From Tubiluchus corallicola (lineage: Eukaryota; Animalia; Priapulida), in the NCBI GenBank assembly GCA_030141605.1, contig JAQGDQ010000734.1:41540-105539 (forward strand): a stretch of 64,000 bases of DNA, given 5' to 3'. The notes beneath the pieces were generated by a model. That model made no database searches, was not told where the DNA came from, and saw nothing but the letters and a program-made list of their open reading frames with translations. This document shows positions 1 to 12,600 of the stretch, piece after piece. Numbering within the stretch: the stretch's first letter is position 1; every line of letters starts with the position of its first letter. Made by a program: the position numbers and the translations under genes.

Positions 1-245
1 CATATGTGTAAAAGTTTGTTTGTCTGTGGCCAACTGTGGCTAAGAACTTTATAAGGCCAGAGTCATAGCTGCACAAGATAACATAGCTGCACAAGGTATA
101 TATACAGATATACAAATTTAGTTGTAAACTCCGTGAAGCGAAAAAACGATTTACTAAGCGTTTGTACACATGTGATAAACAAATATTGTACCTATATGAT
201 AATCACAGTGATGCGGTTATGTGTCCGCTAACAAAGCTATACTAT

Positions 246-480
246 TTAAATCACAAATCTATGCATACAGTCGTAAATGAAATTTCCAATTGACATTAAT
301 TCTCCATCAAATAAATTTGCAATATTGCTATAATTTAACGCGTACAGTGATCTATAAAGTGCATTTTCATGGCACTCGCACAAAAAATGCTCATCTGTCT
401 GAATTTCTCCACAAAGACATAGCCTGCGCTCGCGAGGTACATTTGCCCAACGACCTGTTTCTACAAGTTGGACATGCGAT
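246..480 (-). mobile_element. Non-LTR retrotransposon (LINE) 3' remnant, RT C-terminal Cys/His motif
   Basis: Translation VETGRWANVPRERRLCLCGEIQTDEHFLCEC fits the ETGR...RLC..C....E.HFL..C tail of LINE ORF2 proteins; lies in an intron. Confidence 0.7.
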
Positions 481-576
481 AGTATCCTGTGTCTTTGATT
501 CAGCATGTACTTGTTTGCTCATGTTATTGTAACATATTAGAAATAGCTGATCATGTTGTTTGTTTTTTGTTTTCAG

Positions 577-679
577 ATGCCGAGATAAACGGACGGCGTC
601 CGAGGATACACTACAAGGAGGAGAACGTGTTAGCATTGCGTGGAGGAAATGTTACTCTCACCTGCATCTTCTCTGGATA
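577..679 (+). CDS. L1CAM: L1CAM exon, Ig3 N-half
   Basis: tttcag|...GGNVTLTCIFSG(Y)|gtaagt. Confidence 0.9.
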
Positions 680-3600
680 GTAAGTAGGGCTTCATCTCGA
701 AGCATTTCTTAGGTCACTGTGTAATGTTCCTTTTTTAAAGAAAGAATGTGAAATCAAAAAACAGTAGAAAAGATTTCTTCTCGGCCAGGACTCGAACCCA
801 TGTCCTCGCATTCTTAAGAGACAGGCGTACGATCAACTGAATCGTTGTGACAAACTTTTCTGTCCTTGAGCCTTGCATTTGATCTTGCTGCTGCATTCAC
901 TACTTTTCTCCAGATGAAAATCACCCAGAAGCAGGTGATTCAGTGGTCGTCGATCCTTTTGCGAACCAGGCTTATTGTTGCATAACTTCAGCAGCCGAGC
1001 ATTTACTGTGTTTCTTCCATCTATTCATTTTGCTTTTATTTCCTTATTAAATATATCCACAATGATCATTACAGCATTGCACATGTTCTTAAATTCTTTT
1101 GTGTGCAATGCTGTAATGATCGTTGTGGATATATTTAATAAATAAATAAAATATCGATGAGTATTCCTATATAAGTGGCAAACTTGAACAGTTATGTAAA
1201 CAATCACCGCACGAGAAAGTAAAAGATTCTTAATTATAATGATAAAAACATTTTAAAATTGTCCGGTCGCTAATGTTAATTTGGTAATTTCAGTCCGGCA
1301 CCTGACGTGGAGTGGAGGCGGACGAGCGGCGAATTGCCCAGCGGTCGGCACACGATACGTCATTTTGGACGTCAGTTGAGCTTGATCCACGTCCAGACCG
1401 ATGACGCAGGGATGTATGAGTGCATCGGTGCAAACGGTCAAGGTTCACAGGCCGAGCGTATTGTTCTCAATGTTGAATGTAAGAAATTTGCAGAAAAACT
1501 GTCTGTAAAACATAAACTTAATTTATGCTATCGTTGTATAGTAGTTTTCAGGCGTTTTGGCATCTGCCTCCACTGACGTAACTGGTGGAGTTTATGACTT
1601 TTCTGCCTCCGCTGACGTAACTGGTGGAGTTTATGACTTTTCTGCCTCCGCTGACGTAACTGGTGGAGTTTACGACTTTTCTGCCTCCGCTGACGTAACT
1701 GGTGGAGTTTATGACTTTTCTGCCTCCACTGACGTAACTGGTGGAGTTTATGACTTTTCTGCCTCCGCTGACGTAACTGGTGGAGTTTATGACTTTTCTG
1801 CCTCCGCTGACGTAACTGGTGGAGTTTGTGACTTTTCTGCCTCCGCTGACGTAACTGGTGGAGTTTGTGACTTTTTTGCCTCCACTGATGTAACTGGTGG
1901 AGTTTGTGACTTTTCTGCCTCCACTGACGTAACTGGTGGAGTTTGTGACTTTTCTGCCTCCACTGACGTAACTGGTGCAGTTTATGACTTTTCTGCCTCC
2001 ACTGATGTAACTCTTGGAGTTTATGACTTTTCGTAATCACATTGTGGCTTTACATAAGCATGCACTGCTAAAACTTATTCAAACTTCTGCAGCTTAGCTT
2101 AACGTTCATGCAAAAGTATCTTAAAATTATCCAACTAATTTTTTTGTAAGAACTTACTGTACTTCTGACGGAAGTTGGCAGTGCACTATTTTCGTCAGCT
2201 AACGAGCAACGTGATTGGTGGAAGAATGGGTGTTCAAGCATGAAATGATCACAACGTTAAAGTGATTTTACCAACCAAATGAGGCGCTCATTACACTTTT
2301 ATTACTAAATCCTTCTAACATATTTCGGGAACATTGAAATAAGCCTAACTTTGCATTTTGCTTTTTTATGGTTTTCCTATTTTTGAGTATCTGTGTGATA
2401 GTTATCAGATTCAAAGGCTTGGTGACATTATTACCTGGTGATGTGCAATACAGTGAAGGCAGCAGTTGTTCTGTACTTCGTTTTACTGATCTTACTGCCC
2501 TGTTTTAAATGTTCGTTTATCTAATTAGGCCATTATTCATGCGCAAAGTGCCGTTGAGCCATTCGTCCATTATGTGCATTGTCCAATGTAGAAATATTCG
2601 TTTGTGTTATACTTTCCATTTTCTGTTTCTTTCTTTGGACATTTTTGTGTAGGGTGATTTACAATCTTTTCATTATTCTATGTTTTATTGGTTAAAATTA
2701 TAGTTCACACTTTGAGTTACATGCATCTAGCTTCATGTACGAGTGTGAATTTCTTTGGCTGATAAGTCATATCGTATTTTATGGTTGGCATGTTTGTCCA
2801 GCTGACGAAAGACGCATGTTCAAACCCTAGCTTGAACTTACTTTTTCCTTATTTCATTCACTGATTTGTTTCTCTTTTAGCTGCACCGTATTGGGTTGAT
2901 GAGCCAGAGAACACCGTGGCTTCCGTCGGAGAGAGCCTAAGCATCAAGTGCGAGGCTTCCGGAAATCCGGAACCTTCTTATGAGTTTTTCAAGGATGGGA
3001 GACCCCTCAATGACAAAGGTTTGCATACATGTAGCTGTTGTAAAGTAGTGACCATTCTGTCCATTCGTAAGGTTTTATATAATGACCATTCGTAAGATTT
3101 GTATATAAGTATCATGACTTTTTTAGGCCAAAGGGGTTTTGAAAATTTCCACCTTGTCAACAATTTATTTAACTCTTTAGTTCACTTCTGTGGTAAAAGT
3201 CTGATCTTTTTTCGTTTCTTAATTGACTGACTTTGGAGAATTTTCTGGAGTCTTCACTTTGCTTGCCCAACCCTGTTTTTTCCATGTTTTTGAAATGAGT
3301 CTGCATTTATGCAGCTCAATTGTAAAAGTTGAATGATTGAACCACGGAACAAAATTGCTGCAGATCTTGTAGTTATTCTTGTCACATGCCGATACTGTCA
3401 ATTGTGGCATAGGCAAACGTATAATTGAATCATTTGTCAAGGTGTTTTTTTTGGTATGATGTGTAACGACGCCTTTTTTATGCACTTGCTCCCCTAATTT
3501 CAGAATCCGGCGACACCCTTGATGGTGTGTAAATGTTTAAAGTTTGTTTCGTGAAAAGCAAAATGTATTGGAAGACGATTTTTTGTCAAAAAACTTCTTA

Positions 3601-6600
3601 CTTGCGACATAAAAACTTCTGTAGAGCTGAACTTTGGCAAGCCTGTTGTTGGGCTTAAAATTACGAAGATAGCTTATTCTAGGATAAAACTAAGGCGTAG
3701 CAAAAGTACTTGTTTGACCTTGAGAAGGTCAGGTCTTTTTTTGAAATAACTTTGATTCTCATGGGCGATGTGGTTAGTGTTAATATTGATGTGTATTAGA
3801 AGCACGTAACTATAGAATTTTGAATATTTAGTTGACTGCATCGCATTAATCGTATTGCAGCTGCCGGCGACTTCGACTCACGGATCATCATCCAGGGTCC
3901 GAAACGCAACGAACTCATCATCGCTGACCTGAAGAGAGATCTGGACACGGCCGTCTTTCAGTGCAAGGCCACGAACAAACACGGTTACATTTGGACGAAC
4001 TTCTACGTCAATGTTCTTGGTAAGTTCTTCTAGTGTCGTTACTTTTCTGAGTTATTTTCTTCAGTTTTTCTTAACCCTTTCACTATGTAGTTGCTTTTTA
4101 ACTGGGCCACTTTGACTTTTGCTCGATCTACAAGTGATTTTGCGTATGAACATGAACCATACAGTGCACCATTGTGGAATGCGCCTGGCTTCAGATTCTG
4201 ATTTCCTGCTTAGCCTTACTAGTTGCGAAGCAACCCCAACCCCCCCGGCCTTTTAAACTTTTCTACAATGTTTGCATGGGCGTAACATTGAAGTAAACAG
4301 ACCTGGGTGACTGCGCTTAGTGCTGAGCTTGAGCAGTAATCTACCGCCTTCCGTACGGCATTGTGCCGCCTTCTGTAGTGAAGTGGCTAAGCCTATGTAA
4401 GCTCTGTGTTGCACACCTACATTGTCAGCAGATTAATCAGATTATGTAATCAGATTGCATTAATAATACTGCCATATTTTTTCTGCTATTTAGCAGCTCT
4501 TTAATTTATCAATTTTATGAAGAAGAAAAACGATATACAATTCAAAATACATGATAATATTATGCAATATGTATTCTTTCACAGTACAATGGGTTTTAAT
4601 AAGTAGTTTTATAATAAGTAACTCTGCATGTTATAAAACACTGAAGCATATGTGATACCAAAAATAATTCTTTGCGAACAAAGGTTTTGAAGCTCATTTC
4701 ACGAAAGTTTAGCTCACACTTTTTTCCTCATCACAGTATGCTGCTTAGCTTGTGATGCCATCTTATTACATGTTATTGTCTTGTTACTAAAGTTACTTAA
4801 GAAACACAGTCCATTTATTATCACAAGTAGGCCAGCAAATTAGCCAAGCATCATTATTATAATTAAAGTTTTACTTTGTTTTTACCCTGGCACATTTACC
4901 TGAGATGCTCAAGTGCCTCACCTGTAGAGGTGAGCTGAGTGTGAAACCATGGTTTTGTTTGTCATTATTACCTGAGATGCTCGATTGCCACACCTGTAGA
5001 GGTTGGCTGAGTGTGAAACCGTGGTTTCGTTTCTGTACGTGAATGTGCTGTAGACGTTAGCTGAGTGTGAAATCGTGGTTTTGTTTCTCTACATGAATGT
5101 GCTGTAGACGTTAGCTGAGTGTGAAACCGTGGTTTTGTTTCTGTATGTGAATGTGCTGTAGAAGTTAGCTGAGTGTGAAACCGTGGTTTTGTTTCTGTAT
5201 GTGAATGTGCTGTAGACGTTAGCTGAGTGTGAAACCGTGGTTTTGTTTCTGTATGTTAATGTGCTGTAGACGTTAGCTGAGTGTGAAACCGTGGTTTTGT
5301 TTCTGTATGTGAATGTGCTGTAGGTGTTAGCTGAGTGTGAAACCGTGGTTTTGTTTCTGTATGTGAATGTGCTGTAGACGTTAGCTGAGTGTGAAACCGT
5401 GGTTTTGTTTCTGTATGTTAATGTGCTGTAGACGTTAGCTGAGTGTGAAACCGTGGTTTTGTTTCTGTATGTTAATGTGCTGTAGATGTTAGCTGAGTGT
5501 GAAACCGTGGTTTTGTTTCTGTATGTGAATGTGCTGTAGACGTTAGCTGAGTGTGAACCCGTGGTTTTGTTTCTGTATGTTAATGTGCTGTAGACGTTAG
5601 CTGAGTGTGAAACCGTGGTTTTGTTTCTGTATGTGAATGTGCTGTAGGTGTTAGCTGAGTGTGAAACCGTGGTTTTGTTTCTGTATGTGAATGTGCTGTA
5701 GACGTTAGCTGAGTGTGAAACCGTGGTTTTGTTTCTGTACGTGAATGTGCCGTAGACGTTAGCTGAGTGTGAAACCGTGGTTTTGTTTCTGTATGTTAAT
5801 GTGCCGTAGACGTTAGCTGAGTGTGAAACCGTGGTTTTGTTTCTGTACGTGAATGTGCCGTAGACGTTAGCTGAGTGTGAAACCGTGGTTTTGTCTCTGT
5901 ACATGAATGTGCCGTAGATGTTAGCTGAGTGTGAAACCGTGGTTTTGGTTCTGTATGTTAATGTGCTGTAGACGTTAGCTGAGTGTGAAACCGTGATTTT
6001 GTTTCTGTACGTGAATGTGCCGTAGACGTTAGCTGAGTGTGAAACCGTGGTTTTGTTTCTGTATGTGAATGTGCTGTAGGTGTTAGCTGAGTGTGAAACC
6101 GTGGTTTTGTTTCTGTATGTTAATGTGCCGTAGACGTTAGCTGAGTGTGAAACCGTGGTTTTGTTTCTGTACGTGAATGTGCTGTAGAAGTTAGCTGAGT
6201 GTGAAACCGTGGTTTTGTTTCTGTACGTGAATGTGCTGTAGACGTTAGCTGAGTGTGAAACCGTGGTTTTGTTTCTGTATGTTAATGTGCTGTAGACGTT
6301 AGCTGAGTGTGAAACCATGGTTTTGTTTCTGTATGTGAATGTGCTGTAGACGTTAGCTGAGTGTGAAACCGTGGTTTTGTTTCTGTATGTGAATGTGCTG
6401 TAGACGTTATCTGAGTGTGAACTTGTGGTTTTGTTTCTGTATGTGAATGTGCTGTAGAAGTTAGCTGAGTGTGAAACCGTGGTTTTGTTTCTGTATGTGA
6501 ATGTGCTGTAGACGTTAGCTGAGTGTGAAACCGTGGTTTTGTTTCTGTATGTGAATGTGCTGTAGACGTTAGCTGAGTGTGAAACCGTGGTTTTGTTTCT

Positions 6601-9600
6601 GTATGTTAATGTGCTGTAGACGTTAGCTGAGTGTGAAACCGTGGTTTTGTTTCTGTATGTGAATGTGCTGTAGGTGTTAGCTGAGTGTGAAACCGTGGTT
6701 TTGTTTCTGTATGTGAATGTGCTGTAGATGTTAGCTGAGTGTGAAACCGTGGTTTTGTTTCTGTATGTGAATGTGCTGTAGGTGTTAGCTGAGTGTGAAA
6801 CCGTGGTTTTGTTTCTGTATGTGAATGTGCTGTAGGTGTTATCTGAGTGTGAAACCGTGGTTTTGTTTCTGTATGTGAATGTGCTGTAGGTGTTATCTGA
6901 GTGTGAAACCGTGGTTTTGTTTCTGTATGTTAATGTGCTGTAGACGTTAGCTGAGTGTGAAACCGTGGTTTTGTTTCTGTATGTGAATGTGCTGTAGATG
7001 TTAGCTGAGTGTGAAACCGTGGTTTTGTTTCTGTATGTGAATGTGCTGTAGGTGTTAGCTGAGTGTGAAACCGTGGTTTTGTTTCTGTATGTGAATGTGC
7101 TGTAGGTGTTATCTGAGTGTGAAACCGTGGTTTTGTTTCTGTATGTTAATGTGCTGTAGACGTTAGCTGAGTGTGAAACCGTGGTTTTGTTTCTGTATGT
7201 GAATGTGCTGTAGACGTTAGCTGAGTGTGAAACCATGGTTTTGTTTCTGTATGTTAATGTGCTGTAGACGTTAGCTGAGTGTGAAACCGTGGTTTTGTTT
7301 CTGTATGTGAATGTGCTGTAGACGTTATCTGAGTGTGAACCCAGAGTTTTGTTTGTCATTATTTTAGTTTGCCAGCCATTTTATCAATCTATTTTGTTAA
7401 GAATTTATTCTTGTTTTTAGCCATTCCACCTAAATGGATGAAGAAACCAGAAAAAGTTTATGAACTGATAAACAATAACAATGGAGAGTTACACTGTGAA
7501 ACGTTTGGCATGCCAAAATCTAAAGTTGTCTGGTTTAAGGACAAGAAGAAACTGAACGATGAAAGTGATGACCGCCTGGAGGTAAGAAATTTTCTAGATA
7601 GAGTTTGTGAATTCAGGGATAATTTAGAAATTGTTTCTTCCTAAATTTTTGTTTGTTTAATACATGAAAGATCGGTTTTCTTTGTCTGTCTGTCTGTCTG
7701 TTTGCATCAGTTTGTTCCAAAGTTTTGTTTGATATTTGCAACTAGGGAAGAAGCTATTGACATCACAACATCTACTTGACTACAAAAGTTGAGCAGTACT
7801 AGGCTTGTTCAGTAAATAGACTGGGTAAACCCTTAGAATATCATAGTGTCTTTGGATATTTACTTAATGGGGAGAACTGTACTTTGATAATAATAAAACT
7901 CCAATGCTGTACATGCATACATATGTCGCTGCTTCCTTCCGCTTCTTCGCGTTTGATAATTTGTCAACTTGTTTGACTTTTTCTACAGATTATGGAAAAC
8001 GGGAACCTGCAAATCAATGGAGTCAAATTCTCGGATAGGGGTAATTACCTCTGTAACGCCTCTAACACCTTCGGCTCTGAAAATTCATCGACCAAAGTTA
8101 TTGTGAGAAGTAAGTTGTCTTTTATTCATTAATTTTTTTTGTTTATTTTTGTCTATTTGTTCAAATAAGGACAAGATAAAGAATTTTATTTGATTTATTC
8201 ATCAGTGCACTTCCTTACTCATTTAGTTATCTGTTTTTTTGTTCACCTCACCCATCTATTAATTGACTCAAATATGTATTTATTTGTCTTTTCTTTCATT
8301 CATTCATGCATTTATTCATTCATTAATTCATTCATTCTTTCATTCATTCATTTATTTATCCATGCATTCATTCTTTTATTCATTCATCCATTCATTCATT
8401 TATTCATTCATTCATTTATTCATTTATTTATCCATGCATTCATTCTTTTATTCATTCATCCGTTCATTCATTTATTCATTCATTCATTCATTTATTTATC
8501 CATGCATTCATTCTTTTATTCATTCATCCGTTCATTCATTTATTCATTCGTTCGTTCGTTCATTTATTCATGCATTTTTCTTTTTCGTAATTCATATCAT
8601 CATTTATATGTCAGTTTACTTACTATTTTACCTTTTTTGTTTTAATTTCATTTTCGTCATTTACTGATTAATTAGTCATACAGTTTCTCATCTTGTTTCT
8701 TTCTTTTTTAAACTAGTAAATATTTGTAACTCACGCGGTGTTATATTTAGCATTACGTAAATTAATACTAAGTATGGCAGAATGTTTATCGAAACAAAAT
8801 TTGTACCTATGACCCAAACTTTGAGCAATTTGCAATATGGATGAATAACAGTAATCTTGTAGTTGACTATCATTGTACATTGTAATACTCGTTTGCAGAG
8901 AAGACCGTATTTGAAGACGTTCCATACAAGCAACAGGCAGAGAAGGGAGAGAATGTAGAATTCAAATGCAGCGCTAAGGGAGATCAGGCATCACGGATTA
9001 TTGTTTGTAAGTTTTGCTTTCAGTCACTTGATGCTAAGCATGAGTACGTTTTAATGGTGGTAAGTAGGTAATTTGACCGGATAGTCCTTTTTGTTTGACC
9101 ATTTGATTTTGGTAATTTGACAGGATAGTATTTTTGGTTTGACCATTTGATTTTGGTAATTTGACCGGATAGTCCTTTTTATTTGACCATTTGATTTTAG
9201 TAATTTGACCGGATAGTCCTTTTTGTTTGACCATTTGATTTTGGTAATTTGACTGGAGTCCTTTTTATTTGACCATTTGATTTTGGTAATCTGACCGGAT
9301 AGTCCTGTTTGTTTGACCATTTGATTTTGGTAATTTGACCGCATAGTCCTATTCATTTGACCATTTGATTTTGGTAATTTGACCGGATAGTCCTTTTTAT
9401 TTGACCATTTGATTAACTAACTTGTAGAAAATGAAAGAGGTGCTTCTTTTCATATTATAGTCATTTTTTCCGGATGACTGACTAGGTCAATGAAGCTGGT
9501 GTTTGGTTTCAGAATTTTCATAAGTTAGTACTGAACTCATCAAGTTTAGTATTTGAATTTCCCATCCATGTGAAAGCTACATCAAATTTTGACATTAAAA

Positions 9601-12600
9601 CTTTTGTACCTTTCAAAAAGAATAACTTGAAAATTAGCATGTTCTCAAATCTTTTTCAGAATTGATGTCAAATTTTTTTACTAAAATTTATTCAATTCTG
9701 AAACTAAATAAAGTGTTAAACTACTTACAATGTTGCACAGAAGATAATAAGTCTTGGCTTTTCATTCTCATTTCAGCCTGGCAGAAAGATGGAAAGCCTG
9801 TCAGTTTCATTGGTCGCATAAAGCATAAATCGTCCGATCCGCCGGACCCATCCCTCTCCAAGTTAATGATAGCCGATGTCCAGTACGAGGATCGTGGGGA
9901 GTATACGTGTACGGTGACGACTTACAGCGATGGTAGCGTGCAGAGCATGGACACCGTCCTTGATGTAGCCAACGCTACGGCTAAACTGAGCGTGCTCGGT
10001 ATGTGTAAAAGTAACATTATCATAGACATTAATATATGTTGTTCTTATCAGTGTCTTCATTTGAGAAAATTTTATTTCTGGGTTGTGACAGAAGATTTAT
10101 GGCAGGCAACTATTAATGATCATTGTCGGAGCAAGAAAACTATTTGTATTTGTTTATACAAGGCTGGTGAAAGGGCAAGGTGACCTAGACAATTGCCTAG
10201 GACCTCGCATTTTAAGGGACCTCGCGCTTTGACCCTCAAACTTTTTGTGTCTCCTACGTATTTACAGAGTGTATTCGACTCGAATTTCCGAATCCTGAAT
10301 GCCTGAAAAATGTTTTTTTAATTTTAGCCACGAAATACATTTGAATTGCTCTAAGGGCCATCGAATTTTACTTTATCCCTGGACCCATTGGGAACTTAGC
10401 CACCAAACCCCCTCGCCCGGGGGCTTCGGGTTTCCTCTCACTGACCCATAACAGTTCGTAGATAGATATGAATGTTTAAGATTTTTGAATTCTGTTTTGA
10501 AAAGTACTAAAATTGTGTTTTATGCTATGTATACGTGAAAATGTCCTGCACAATCAATTCATTGCATCCAGTAAACTAGGTTTCATTTTACCATAAAATG
10601 CAGCATTTTAATTCAATTTAATGTTGATAGAATGAACAATTAAATTTGCATTATGTCATCATTTCTTGTACGTACTTTCTTATATTCGTTATCCAGGTTT
10701 TCTGATTGTCCCTTCATTGGTTTGGGGCGGGAGGGGGGGGAGAAGAATGTTGTTGTGGGTAACTTGGCACAGTTGTAATTGTTGTCGCTGTTGCCATCGC
10801 TGCTGCTGATGCTGCTTGTTACTGTACAGCCATGTTAGGGTTTCGTCAATATGCTGTAACTTTTGTTTCATTCACCTATCACAGGACCACCCGACCCGCC
10901 CACCGATGTTGAACTGAAGGAGTGTTTAGACCACACGGCTGATATCACCTGGGAGCCGGGCAGCGATAACGACTCGCCTATCAAAAATTTCATGATTCAA
11001 CACAACACGGCCTGGGAACCGGACAACTGGATTGACGTCACTACCAAAGTACCGAGTGACGGTACGTTGAACTTTTTCTGTTTATATGCTTAATTATTGC
11101 CCATCTAATCTTTAGCTTTCTTGTTGGCTTGATAGTCTTAAAGGAAAGGAGAAGCCGTTTATCTTGTTGGGTTTATTTTGCACTTGTCACTTAAACTTAG
11201 AAAAATATAACAAACAAATTTGGAAAAAAACTGTCTATAAAGCATGAAGTTAATTTATACTGCGGCTATATGGAAATGTTGAGGTGCAGTGATAGTTGAT
11301 GTTCACTTGAAAATTATGCTGTAACTGATGAATTTCGTGAGTTTTTGTAAGCACATCGTGGCTTTCTGTAAGCTGCGCGCTGCTGTAACTGATGGATTTC
11401 GAGAGTTTTTGTAAGCACATCGTGGCTTACTATAAGCTGCGCGCTGCTGTAACTGATGGATTTCGTGAGTTTTTGTAAGCACATCGTGACTTTCTGTAAG
11501 CTGCGCGCTGCTGTAACTGATGAATTTCACGATTTTTTGTAAGCACATTGTGGCTTTCCGTAAGCTGCGTATGGCTGTAATTGATGGATTTTGTGATTTT
11601 TTGTAAGCACATCGTGGCTTACTATAAGCTGCGCGCTGCTGTAACTGATGGATTTCGTGAGTTTTTGTAAGCACATCGTGACTTTCTGTAAGCTGCGCGC
11701 TGCTGTAACTGATGAATTTCACGATTTTTTGTAAGCACATTGTGGCTTTCCGTAAGCTGCGTATGGCTGTAATTGATGGATTTTGTGATTTTTTGTAAGC
11801 ACATCGTGGCTTACTATAAGCTGCGCGCTGCTGTAACTGATGGATTTCGTGAGTTTTTGTAAGCACATCGTGACTTTCTGTAAGCTGCGCGCTGCTGTAA
11901 CTGATGAATTTCACGATTTTTTGTAAGCACATTGTGGCTTTCCTTAAGCTGCGTATGGCTGTAATTGATGGATTTTGTGATTTTTTGTAAGCACATCGTG
12001 GCTTACTATAAGCTGCGCGCTGCTGTAACTGATGGATTTCGTGAGTTTTTGTAAGCACATCGTGACTTTCTGTAAGCTGCGCGCTGCTGTAACTGATGAA
12101 TTTCACGATTTTTTGTAAGCACATTGTGGCTTTCCTTAAGCTGCGTATGGCTGTAATTGATGGATTTTGTGATTTTTTGTAAGCACATCGTGGCTGTCTG
12201 TAAGCTGTGTGCTTACCTCCTAATTAGTTCACAATTGCCAATGCATAAGAAATGAATTCACGAAGTAGAAAAGGATTAGGATTAGGGTTAGGGTTAGGGT
12301 GGGTTAGGATTAGAGTATTTGAATTGTGTAGGGAATTGTAAACAAGTTCAGATTTTTTTGTTTCACTCGGCTTGTTAAATGCAGATCAAATGTTCATTTA
12401 CTTATTTGCTTGTGTTTTTTGTTAATCAGATGAATTTGAAGTTTTTTGTAGAAAAATGACAAAACTCTTAGGCCTCAAGAATTTGTTGGATGACTTGCTG
12501 ACATCAATATTAGTTGTAAAGAAAAATTATGAAAAATTTATCAAATAAATTGTTGAAATAAAACACATGAGCACATTTTCGATATCAAACATTTTTCAGC

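Noticed and set aside
770-845. Possible tRNA gene
   Set aside because: B-box present but acceptor and anticodon stems do not pair; treated as a SINE remnant
1528-2040. Repetitive ORFs on both strands
   Set aside because: 39-bp minisatellite in an intron with no usable splice context
5089-7359. 756-aa minus-strand ORF with an NKT sequon in each 18-aa unit
   Set aside because: It coincides exactly with a 54-bp (3n) minisatellite antisense within an intron, with no signal peptide or unique domain; a stop-free unit explains its length
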